The notes below the pieces were generated by a model, which was given only the letters and a program-made list of their open reading frames with translations, searched no databases and was not told the DNA's origin. Positions 37,239 to 46,391 of a stretch of DNA of 64,000 nt are shown here, piece after piece. The first letter of the stretch is position 1, and each line of letters opens with the position of its first letter. The position numbers and the translations under genes are program-made. The DNA is from Williamsia sp. (lineage in GTDB: Bacteria; Bacteroidota; Bacteroidia; Chitinophagales; Chitinophagaceae), in assembly GCA_015069695.1 (NCBI GenBank), contig JADCRZ010000010.1, forward strand, positions 23,194 through 87,193, read 5' to 3'.

Positions 37239-38843
37239 ATGAAAAAATGGTTACCCCTAGCAGAACTGGTCCTGATTGTATGTTTGGCTTTGTTTCCCCT
37301 GGCGGGAGCTGTGTTTCCTTACCGGCTTAACATATTTCTTTCCTACGAAGGCGCCTACCGTTTGTATCTGGGAGAAGTGCCGTACAAAGACTTCGGCCTG
37401 CCGATGGGCTTTATGTACTGGGTGATACCAGCCTTGTTCTTCAAGCTTTTCGGTCCCTATATGATCAGCCTGGTAAAAGCCCAGGTGTTTATCAATATTG
37501 TATCCGGACTGGCATTCCGGTCTATCCTGAAGAGCTTCGGTGTTCGTCCGGGTATCCGCTTTCTCAGCGTATTGCTGTTTTGTATCTCTTATTCATTTTT
37601 AAATTATTGGCCCTGGTACAACCATACGGTGATTGTATACGAGCTGGTAGCGCTGGCCTTCCTGACACGGTTTTTCTTTACACCACCGGAACAGAAAAAA
37701 AGGACCATTTACCTGTGCTTATCCGGTGCATTTGTTTTTCTTTCTTTTTTTACCAAGCAGGATGCGGGTGCCATGGGCTTTTTAGTTTGTGTGGCACTTC
37801 TGGCGTACAATTCATTCCGGGAAAGAAAATGGCTGCAGCTCCCCCTGTTCCTGGCCAGCATGGCCGTTACTGCTGCCATCTTTGTTGTTCCCTTTCTCAA
37901 GTATGGGTTTGGGTACTGGTTCAATTACGGACAGCCACCCCATACCTCGCGCTTTTCCCTGGCTGATTTTACCGGTGAATTCTTCAACAGTTCACAGTGG
38001 CTGAAATTTTATTTCTTTTTGATTCTCTTTCTGCTTGTTGCCACAACAAAAAATTTCCGGGCCCTGCTGGCCGACAAACGCCGGATGATCTTTATCCTGC
38101 TTACCCTCGGCATGCTTACAGAAGCCACTATTTTCCAGGTTACCAGCTATATTCCGCCCGACAACAACATCTTTTTTCACAGCTTTGCCTTTGCCTTCTT
38201 ACTGGTATGGCTAGCCGATTTTCTGCCTGTGAACTGGGAAGCCCCGCCTGCCCTGCTCGCAGGTATGGCCGGTATTATGCTGTGGTGGAGCAGCGTATAT
38301 TGGAAATATCTGGAGAAGTATATCGTAAAGCCCTCCACGGTACAAACTTCCTCGGACGTGGTTACCAAAAACACGTATCTCATCTTTAAACCTGATTCGT
38401 CCGACGTGCCCATGAGTGAATGGCGGACCATTCCGCTGCCGGCATTCAGAAAGATGCTGCTGCCTGGCCCTACAGTAGACGGCATCAACAGGATCATGCA
38501 AATGAACGAAGTAAAAAAGCGGGATGCAAAGGTTCTTAATATGACGGAGCTCACGCCGCTGGCAAGGGAAATCCCCTTCACGCTTGAACGCGGCTCTTAT
38601 TATCCGCTCTGGTACCACAAGGGTGTGGGCATGTTTCAAAAGCAAACCGATATGTTCTGCAACCGGATTAAGAACAATTATTACGACCTCGTGCTTTTTG
38701 AATACATCCCCTATCTCAATAATTTTTATCCCTTCCAGGTACGCGATACCCTGTTGCAATACTACCAGCGCATTGATACCTTTACAGCACCGCGCAAACC
38801 CTCGCTGCAAGCCTGGGTAGAAGTGTATGTGCGGAAGAAATAA
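37239..38843 (+). CDS. Polytopic membrane protein, GT-C-like glycosyltransferase candidate
   Basis: At least 11 TM segments. The first loop is YRLYLGEVPYKDFGLPMGFMYW. A C-terminal soluble domain of roughly 170 aa follows. It is divergent from the UbiA operon. Confidence 0.5.
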   Translation: MKKWLPLAELVLIVCLALFPLAGAVFPYRLNIFLSYEGAYRLYLGEVPYKDFGLPMGFMYWVIPALFFKLFGPYMISLVKAQVFINIVSGLAFRSILKSFGVRPGIRFLSVLLFCISYSFLNYWPWYNHTVIVYELVALAFLTRFFFTPPEQKKRTIYLCLSGAFVFLSFFTKQDAGAMGFLVCVALLAYNSFRERKWLQLPLFLASMAVTAAIFVVPFLKYGFGYWFNYGQPPHTSRFSLADFTGEFFNSSQWLKFYFFLILFLLVATTKNFRALLADKRRMIFILLTLGMLTEATIFQVTSYIPPDNNIFFHSFAFAFLLVWLADFLPVNWEAPPALLAGMAGIMLWWSSVYWKYLEKYIVKPSTVQTSSDVVTKNTYLIFKPDSSDVPMSEWRTIPLPAFRKMLLPGPTVDGINRIMQMNEVKKRDAKVLNMTELTPLAREIPFTLERGSYYPLWYHKGVGMFQKQTDMFCNRIKNNYYDLVLFEYIPYLNNFYPFQVRDTLLQYYQRIDTFTAPRKPSLQAWVEVYVRKK

Positions 38844-38854
38844 AATGCAATCAC

Positions 38855-39439
38855 ATGAACCAGGTACTTTCCGGAAAAAAAGTAGCTGTGTTGGTAGGAG
38901 GCTCTGATCTTTTCTCCGGGTTGAGAGGAATTTCAGCAGCAACCACCCGCATCAAACAGGCTATCAAACCCTGGTACAACGATGTACTTGCCATCAACTA
39001 CAATTATTTTCTGGATTTTGGCAAAACATTGATCACAGCCAGGGAATACCTGCAAACAGTCGGGCCCATTAAACAACTTGTCCTGTATGGTTACAGCAAG
39101 GGAGGAGAAGTAGCGTTGGAACTTGCCCGTTCATTGGAGCAACAAGTATCAGTTCAGTTGCTTGTTACCATCGACATTGCCAATGGTCCCTGGTCAGACA
39201 AAATAAACAGAAGCATACCGGCTAATGTAGAGAAGGTGATCAATGTTTTTCAAAGCAACCCAAATTTATTGCGTTCAAGGGGAGCAGCTGTTTATGCAAG
39301 TGAAAACACAGCGATCCGGAATATTGATCTGACGGGAGCGCGCATTCACGAAGAAAAAGTAACACACAGCAATATAGAGATGTTGATGGCCCATCAGGTG
39401 ATCGGCTGGCTGCGGGGAGAACAGCCGGTTCATGGATAA
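38855..39439 (+). CDS. Hypothetical small alpha/beta-hydrolase-like protein
   Basis: Nucleophile-elbow-like LVLYGYSKGGEVALELA (G-x-S-x-G) and a late His (VTHSNIE). No signal peptide. It starts 12 nt after the GT-C-like gene. Confidence 0.5.
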   Translation: MNQVLSGKKVAVLVGGSDLFSGLRGISAATTRIKQAIKPWYNDVLAINYNYFLDFGKTLITAREYLQTVGPIKQLVLYGYSKGGEVALELARSLEQQVSVQLLVTIDIANGPWSDKINRSIPANVEKVINVFQSNPNLLRSRGAAVYASENTAIRNIDLTGARIHEEKVTHSNIEMLMAHQVIGWLRGEQPVHG

Positions 39440-40239
39440 AAGGCCTTGGTATGCCGCTTCAGGCGTTTTATGATTCCCTTTACTAATCCGCCATCAGCTT
39501 GTATGCGCCGGTCGTTTGTCCAGGCCAGGGCCCGAACATCCGATACCCGGTAAAGCTTCTTGGCAAAAGCGTGCCGCAGTTTGACAGCCAGCCACCCATC
39601 TTCATTGGCGCCTGGCGGGTGGTCAAAGCCTTCTACCTGGATGCCTTCCAGCCGCCGGAAACCAGAACTAAAGCCATACACATTCACCGCCTCTTCCCGC
39701 AAGCTATTCAGCCATCTTGAAACAGCCGCAACCAATTCATACCCAAAGTAAACAAGCCTTCCTGTTCCGGCAGTCGGCAAAAATGCATGCGAGCCATAAG
39801 TCAGGGCAATCTTTTGATCATCAAGGGGTGCAGTCATGAGACCGATCCAATGCGGCGGATAAATTGTATCGGCATCGGCGTTCAGGATAAGCCGGCCTTT
39901 AGCCTGCTGCAAACCCCGGTTTCTCGCCGCCGCAATACCCTGCACGGGTTCTTCCAAGCATACTGCTCCGGTGAGCCGCGCCAGCATTGCGGTCCGGTCC
40001 TGCGAGTTGTTGTTTACCACAATCACTTCAAACTTCTTATCGGTAGCCGAAGCAGCAAGCGAAGCCAGGGTTTTAAGAATATGCTGCTCTTCATTATATG
40101 CAGGAATAACAACAGAAACTTCCGGCTCTTCAGAAAAAAATTGCTGCAGCTTTGTCTTGATAAACACTGCCTGTTTCTCCAATACATCAACCGGTTGGTT
40201 GTGCACAGAGATATAAGGCGGAACAGCAATAGGACGCAT
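39430..40239 (-). CDS. Glycosyltransferase family 2
   Basis: VSVVIPAYNEEQHILKTLASL, VIVVNNNSQDRT, NADADT. Confidence 0.85.
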   Translation of the reverse strand: MRPIAVPPYISVHNQPVDVLEKQAVFIKTKLQQFFSEEPEVSVVIPAYNEEQHILKTLASLAASATDKKFEVIVVNNNSQDRTAMLARLTGAVCLEEPVQGIAAARNRGLQQAKGRLILNADADTIYPPHWIGLMTAPLDDQKIALTYGSHAFLPTAGTGRLVYFGYELVAAVSRWLNSLREEAVNVYGFSSGFRRLEGIQVEGFDHPPGANEDGWLAVKLRHAFAKKLYRVSDVRALAWTNDRRIQADGGLVKGIIKRLKRHTKAFYP

Positions 40240-40274
40240 GCAGGGTTTGTGTTTGGCCCAAAGCTACTGTGTTT

Positions 40275-40328
40275 GTCTGAACCATGATTTACAGGATGGT
40301 AGTGGATCCGTGTAATCCTGGTTCAGAC
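40275..40328. repeat. Palindromic unit of the GTCTGAACC repeat family
   Basis: gtctgaaccatgatttacaggatggtagtggatccgtgtaatcctggttcagac. Confidence 0.8.
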
Positions 40329-40475
40329 AATATTAAGAAAACATTCTGCCCGCCCCCGTTTTTACACCATGAAATACTTCCCTGAAAGGTTATTTTTGTA
40401 GGAAATCTGCCTAGCATTACGCAACTGCCATCCATACTATCCAACCCCATTGAATACCTGAAAGGCGTCGGTCCT

Positions 40476-42527
40476 TTGCGCGCTGTTTCCTTGCAAAAAG
40501 ATCTTTCCCTTTTTACTTTTAAAGACCTGCTGGAATTTTTTCCGTACCGCCATATAGATAAAACAGGCATTTGCCCGATCAGCGAAATTACGCCGCAGAC
40601 CGAGTACATACAGGTAGCAGGCCGGCTTACCAGCCTGGACGTTTCAGGGGAAGGACACCGCAAAAGGATGACGGCTACCCTCAAGGATGCTACGGGCTTT
40701 TTGGAACTGATCTGGTTTCAGGGTATCAACTGGATCCACAAAACCCTGGTGGTGGGCCACGAATACCTGGTGTTTGGACGGGTCAGTTTTTTTATGAGCA
40801 CGCCCCAAATTACCCATCCGGAAATTGAAGTGTACAGTCCGGAGAAAAAAGATGGCAAAGCCTTCCTGGAACCGGTTTATTCTACCACCGAAAAACTCAA
40901 ATCAAAGGGACTTGGCGGCAGGCAGATCGCCAAGCTAACCGCGCACCTGTTTGGCTTGCTCAGTGAAAAAGAAATTCCGGAGAACCTGCCGGAAAGTGTT
41001 ATAGAACAGTTCCAGTTTGTGTCGCGGTATACTGCTTTCAGACACCTTCATTTTCCACCCGATCAGCAATCCCTGAAAAAGGCGCAGGACAGATTGAAGT
41101 TTGAAGAATTTTTTCTGGCGCAGATAAGGATGGGACTGATGAAATCACGCCGGCACCGCTATTCGCAGGGCGTTGTGTTTGAGCAGGTCGGAGATCTGTT
41201 CAACACGTTTTATCATCAACATCTCCCTTTTTCCTTGACTGGCGCACAAAAAAGAGTGCTGCGTGAGATCAGGCAGGACTGTGCACGCGGAAGACAGATG
41301 AACCGCTTGCTGCAGGGAGACGTCGGCAGCGGCAAAACCATTGTGGCGTTGCTGTCTATGCTGCTCGCCATCGACAACGGCTTCCAGGCCTGTATGATGG
41401 CCCCCACTGAAATCCTTGCCCAGCAACACTATGCCACCATCACATCTCTGCTTAAAGATATGTCTGTGCCCGTACGCCTGCTTACCGGCTCAGTAGGCGC
41501 CAAACAGCGCCGTGAAATTTTGCAGCTCACCGAAGAAGGTTCGTTGCCCATCCTGATCGGCACACATGCGCTGATTGAAGACACGGTAAAGTTCAAAAAT
41601 TTAGGCTTTGCCATTGTAGATGAACAGCACCGCTTTGGCGTGGCACAACGTGCCCGGCTCTGGGCGAAAGCTTCTATCCCGCCCCATATCCTGATCATGA
41701 CGGCCACACCCATTCCGCGTACCCTGGCCATGACAGCCTACGGAGATCTTGACTACAGTGTGATGGATGAGCTGCCGCCCGGCCGGCAACCTATCACAAC
41801 CGTCCACCGTTATGATCATAGCCGCCCGCAGATCATGGACTTTATCCGCGAACAAGTGCATGCAGGACGGCAGGCTTATATCATTTTTCCCCTGATAGAG
41901 GAATCGGAGAAAGTAGATTATGAAAACCTGATGAAGGGTTATGAAGAGGTAAAAGCTTTTTTTCCGGAGCCAAAGTATTATATCAGCATGGTGCATGGCC
42001 GCCAGAAGCCGGAGGTCAAAGAAACCAACATGCAGAGATTTGTTTCGCGCGATACGCAGATCATGGTTTCCACCACTGTTATAGAAGTGGGGGTTAACGT
42101 TCCCAATGCCACAGTGATGGTCATTGAAAGCGCGGAAAAATTTGGCTTGTCGCAATTGCACCAGTTGCGCGGCCGGGTGGGCCGGGGTGCTGAAAAGAGT
42201 TTTTGCATATTATTAACAGGGCAGAAGCTAACCAATGAAGCAAAACAGCGGTTAATGACTATGTGCGCCACCAACGATGGATTCAAAATTGCTGAGAAAG
42301 ACCTGGAACTCCGCGGACCGGGCGACATTGAAGGAACCCGGCAGAGCGGTGAGCTCAATTTTAAGCTGGCCAGCATTGTACAAGACAAACAATGGCTCGA
42401 ACTGGCAAAAGAAACGACCGATAATATCCTGAAAGATGACCCCGACTTAAGCACTATTCAAAACAGCCGCCTGAAAGAATACCTTCTGTCTCAAAAGGGG
42501 AAAACAGCCTGGAGCAAAATTTCGTAA
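40476..42527 (+). CDS. recG: ATP-dependent DNA helicase RecG (true start probably upstream, about 40392-40434)
   Basis: Wedge domain plus helicase motifs GDVGSGKT, DEQHRFG, TATPIPRT, QLRGRVGRG. The frame is open from 40386 and encodes NPIEYLKGVGP before the first TTG. Confidence 0.92.
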   Translation: MRAVSLQKDLSLFTFKDLLEFFPYRHIDKTGICPISEITPQTEYIQVAGRLTSLDVSGEGHRKRMTATLKDATGFLELIWFQGINWIHKTLVVGHEYLVFGRVSFFMSTPQITHPEIEVYSPEKKDGKAFLEPVYSTTEKLKSKGLGGRQIAKLTAHLFGLLSEKEIPENLPESVIEQFQFVSRYTAFRHLHFPPDQQSLKKAQDRLKFEEFFLAQIRMGLMKSRRHRYSQGVVFEQVGDLFNTFYHQHLPFSLTGAQKRVLREIRQDCARGRQMNRLLQGDVGSGKTIVALLSMLLAIDNGFQACMMAPTEILAQQHYATITSLLKDMSVPVRLLTGSVGAKQRREILQLTEEGSLPILIGTHALIEDTVKFKNLGFAIVDEQHRFGVAQRARLWAKASIPPHILIMTATPIPRTLAMTAYGDLDYSVMDELPPGRQPITTVHRYDHSRPQIMDFIREQVHAGRQAYIIFPLIEESEKVDYENLMKGYEEVKAFFPEPKYYISMVHGRQKPEVKETNMQRFVSRDTQIMVSTTVIEVGVNVPNATVMVIESAEKFGLSQLHQLRGRVGRGAEKSFCILLTGQKLTNEAKQRLMTMCATNDGFKIAEKDLELRGPGDIEGTRQSGELNFKLASIVQDKQWLELAKETTDNILKDDPDLSTIQNSRLKEYLLSQKGKTAWSKIS

Positions 42528-42561
42528 TTTGGTTAGACTAACTTTAATTCTGTAACTTGTA

Positions 42562-45500
42562 ATGAAGACTTTGGCAAAACAAGCAACTATATTTCTCTCC
42601 ATCTGTTTGCTCCTTACCGGCAGCGCCTGGTCGCAGAGTGCGCTGGATTTTATAGAGAATAAAGGCCAATGGGAAAACATGATCCGGTTTAAAGGCGACC
42701 TGAGCAATGGCGCCTTTTTTTTGCGCTCAACAGGTTTTACCGTTTTACAACACAGCAGCCGCGACCTGGAAAAACTGGCGGAAGCTGCCCATGGCAAAGT
42801 GTACGACAACAGCAAGAACAATTCTGCCAGCCTGAGAACTGCTTCCAATTCGGCTGCAATGATCGGCAAACCCGCACCCGAGCCAATGGACACCGTTCAC
42901 TCGCACGCTTATACGATTGACTTTGTGGGTGCCAACGAACATCCTGAAATCATTCCGGAAAAACCACAGCCTACTTACAACAACTATTTCATCGGCGACG
43001 ATCCTTCCAAATGGAAAGGAGATTGCAAGGTGTACAATGCGGTTACCTTTAAAGATGTTTACCCGGGTATTGATGTGCGCTATTACAGCGAATCAGGCTA
43101 TCTCAAGTATGAATTTGTGGTGAACCCCGGCGCAGATGCATCGAAGATTGCGATGAAGATAGAAGGCGCCGATGGACTCAGCCTGAAGAACAACACCCTT
43201 ATCATCAAAACTTCGGTCAATGAAGTAAAAGAACTCTCGCCCTTTACCTACCAGTACACAGGCACAGAAAGAAAAGAAATCGACTGCCGCTACGTGCTGC
43301 AAGGCAATACCGTCCGGTTTTCCCTGAAAAAATATTCTTCGCAAAGCACCCTGATCATTGACCCCACTTTGATTTTCGCCAGCTTTTCAGGCAGCACTTC
43401 GGATAACTGGGGCTACACAGCAACTTATGGCAAGGACGGAAGTTTTTATGCAGGTGGAATCGTTTTCCAAAACGGTTTCCCGGTTTCCGTAGGCGCTTTT
43501 CAAACAACCTACAGAGGCTCTCAGATCAGTGAATCCGGGTTCTGGAACATGGGGATCATAAAATTCAATCCCAGCGGAAGCCAGCGTGTTTACGCCACCT
43601 ATGTCGGTGGAAGCAACAAAGACCAGCCTCACAGCTTGTTCGTTGATACCGACGGGAACCTGGTCATTGCAGGCAGAACAACGAGCGCCAACTATCCGCT
43701 GATGCCCGCCAATGCCAGCTTTGGCACCCAGCTTGGCGGATGGGACATCGTGGTTACCAAACTCAACGCCACCGGAACGGCCCTGATCGGCTCTGTACGC
43801 GTAGGCGGTTCGGGCGATGATGGATTTAATACAACAGACAGTCATACAGCTCCGGCTCCTACCGGACTGATCAACAACTATGGTGATGATGCGCGCAGTG
43901 AAGTAATCCTGGATGCCAGCAATAATATTTACGTTGCTTCCTGTACCCAATCCGGTAATTTTTATACAACAGCCGATGCACAGCAAAAAAGCTTCGGTGG
44001 GAAACAAGATGCGGTACTGCTCAAGTTGAATCCCAACTGTACTTCCGTTGTTTACAGCTCTTATCTCGGCGGCTCAGACTATGACGCCGGTTTTGTACTG
44101 GCATTGAACCCGACCACACAGGATATTTACATGGCGGGTGGAACACTGAGCAGTGATTTTCCCGGTAACAAAGCAGGCGTGTACCAGCCTGCGTTTGCGG
44201 GCGGAAGAAGTGACGGCTTTGTAGCAGAATTTTCCAACGACGGTGCTACGCTAAGAAGAACGACCTACGTAGGAACCAATGGACTGGATGTGATCTTTGG
44301 TATCCAGTTCGACAAGTTCAGCTACCCTTATATCATGGGAACCACTACAGGGACCTGGCCGGTGAAGAATGCCACGTACAGCAATCCCGGTTCCAAGCAA
44401 TTTATTACCAAGCTGGAAAAAGATCTATCAGCCATTGTATACTCTACCGTATTTGGCAACGGCTCCAGCACACCCAATATTTCGCCGGTGGCTTTCCTGG
44501 TTGACCGGTGCGAAAATATATATGTATCAGGCTGGGGTAAGGACATTATCGGCGGGTACAATCTTTCGTCTATCAATGGCATGCCCGTTACCCGCGACGC
44601 CCTGAAATCAGTTCCTGACGAATCGGAGTTTTACTTTATCGTGATCAAAAGAAATGCGACCCAGCTTTTGTACGGCACATTTTACGGACAGAACGGACGC
44701 TTTGGTGAGCACGTGGACGGAGGTACCAGCCGCTTTGATCAGAACGGGGTTATTTACCAGGCTATCTGCGCCAACTGTAAAGGACAGGATGGTCCCAAGC
44801 CGCAGTGGCCGGTTACGCCCGGTGCCTGGTGCTGCAGCGGCGGCCGTGCGGCAGCTACCACCGGCTCGGAGTGTAACCTCGCAGCCCTGAAAATATCCTT
44901 CAACTTTGCAGGCGTAGCTTCCGGTGTACGGGCTTTTATCAATGGTGTGTTTGATACATCCGGATGCGTTCCCTTGAAAGTGATGTTCAAGGATACGGTC
45001 CTGAATGCCCAGCATTATGAATGGAATTTTGGCGATGGCACACCCGATGTAGCCACCGACAGTTTTGAGATAGCGCATATCTACAACCAGATAGGATCAT
45101 ACCGCGTAAGGCTGATCGCGATTGACTCTGCTTCCTGCAACATCCGCGACACATCCTACACCACAGTCATCGTTCGCAACAACCAGGCTGTGCTTGATTT
45201 CAATCCGGTGAAGCTGCCACCTTGTGAATCGCTGACATACCGCTTCGACAATCTTTCTATTCCGCCTCCTGCCCTGCCCTTCCACGCACAGACATTTATC
45301 TGGGATTTTGGCGATAAATCACCCCGTGTTGTGGCCGGCCCCACCTCCGTTCAGCACACGTACCAGGCAGTAGGAACTTACTCCGTGCGATTGATCCTGC
45401 TTGATACCAACTATTGCAATGCACCTGATTCGTTGGTCAAAGAGCTGCGTATATCACCACAGGTAAAAGCAGAGATCAAGACACCATCGCTTGGTTGTGC

Positions 45501-46230
45501 TCCTTACCGGGCCCAGTTCACCAATACATCATTGGGCGGACAAATCTTTACCTGGAGCTTTGGTGATGGCGTGGATACTGTTACCTCAGGCAATCCTACG
45601 CACCTGTATGCGGAGCCTGGCACGTATACCGTAAAGCTGAAAGCCTACGATTCATCAACCTGTAACCTGGTTGACTCTACAGAAATTACCATTGTCGTAC
45701 AAACCAAGCCCACAGCGGCTTTCACAACAAGTCCGGCTACACCGGTGCAAAACGTTCCCATTACATTTACCAATGCTTCTATCAATGCCAGCAGGTACAA
45801 ATGGGAATTCGGAGATGGCGATAGTTTAATAACCGTTACAACAGCCGACATCCTGCACCAATACAATACAACCGGGCAGTTCAATGCCTGTTTGATCGCT
45901 TACAATGCTGCCGGATGTACCGATACGGTATGCCATGATGTGCGGACCGTCGTCGTTCCGCAGCTGGATATACCCAATGCATTTACACCGCTGGGTCCGG
46001 CGCAGGCCAATACCATCTATGTAAGAGGCTTTGCTATTGCGAAAATGCGTTTTGCCGTCTACAACCGGTTGGGACAAAAAGTGTTTGAATCAAACAACGT
46101 CAGCCAGGGATGGGATGGTAAGTTCAAAGGCGTGGTGCAACCGATGGATGTATATGCTTATACACTGGACGTGGAATTTACAGACGGTACCCGAACAACC
46201 AAAAAGGGAGACATCACCCTGATCAGATAA
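42562..46230 (+). CDS. Large secreted adhesin-like protein: beta-propeller (SBBP-like) repeats, PKD-like domains, T9SS type B (CHU_C / gliding-associated) sorting domain
   Basis: Signal peptide. Repeated WNFGDG / WDFGD / WSFGDG / WEFGDGD PKD signatures. C-terminus IPNAFTP...VYNRLGQKVFES...GWDGKFKG...VYAYTL...KGDITLIR. Confidence 0.88.
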   Translation: MKTLAKQATIFLSICLLLTGSAWSQSALDFIENKGQWENMIRFKGDLSNGAFFLRSTGFTVLQHSSRDLEKLAEAAHGKVYDNSKNNSASLRTASNSAAMIGKPAPEPMDTVHSHAYTIDFVGANEHPEIIPEKPQPTYNNYFIGDDPSKWKGDCKVYNAVTFKDVYPGIDVRYYSESGYLKYEFVVNPGADASKIAMKIEGADGLSLKNNTLIIKTSVNEVKELSPFTYQYTGTERKEIDCRYVLQGNTVRFSLKKYSSQSTLIIDPTLIFASFSGSTSDNWGYTATYGKDGSFYAGGIVFQNGFPVSVGAFQTTYRGSQISESGFWNMGIIKFNPSGSQRVYATYVGGSNKDQPHSLFVDTDGNLVIAGRTTSANYPLMPANASFGTQLGGWDIVVTKLNATGTALIGSVRVGGSGDDGFNTTDSHTAPAPTGLINNYGDDARSEVILDASNNIYVASCTQSGNFYTTADAQQKSFGGKQDAVLLKLNPNCTSVVYSSYLGGSDYDAGFVLALNPTTQDIYMAGGTLSSDFPGNKAGVYQPAFAGGRSDGFVAEFSNDGATLRRTTYVGTNGLDVIFGIQFDKFSYPYIMGTTTGTWPVKNATYSNPGSKQFITKLEKDLSAIVYSTVFGNGSSTPNISPVAFLVDRCENIYVSGWGKDIIGGYNLSSINGMPVTRDALKSVPDESEFYFIVIKRNATQLLYGTFYGQNGRFGEHVDGGTSRFDQNGVIYQAICANCKGQDGPKPQWPVTPGAWCCSGGRAAATTGSECNLAALKISFNFAGVASGVRAFINGVFDTSGCVPLKVMFKDTVLNAQHYEWNFGDGTPDVATDSFEIAHIYNQIGSYRVRLIAIDSASCNIRDTSYTTVIVRNNQAVLDFNPVKLPPCESLTYRFDNLSIPPPALPFHAQTFIWDFGDKSPRVVAGPTSVQHTYQAVGTYSVRLILLDTNYCNAPDSLVKELRISPQVKAEIKTPSLGCAPYRAQFTNTSLGGQIFTWSFGDGVDTVTSGNPTHLYAEPGTYTVKLKAYDSSTCNLVDSTEITIVVQTKPTAAFTTSPATPVQNVPITFTNASINASRYKWEFGDGDSLITVTTADILHQYNTTGQFNACLIAYNAAGCTDTVCHDVRTVVVPQLDIPNAFTPLGPAQANTIYVRGFAIAKMRFAVYNRLGQKVFESNNVSQGWDGKFKGVVQPMDVYAYTLDVEFTDGTRTTKKGDITLIR

Positions 46231-46391
46231 GAGAAAGGCGATGCTCCGGTAACCTGCTAAATAACTAACATGGGATCAGATTTTGCATACAGAAGAACAA
46301 CAACCTTTATCAGAATTTCAAGCAATTGCACATGTGGGTTAGAACAGTTAACAATCGGATCAGCATACGGAAACCGTATGCAGCAAGTCAT

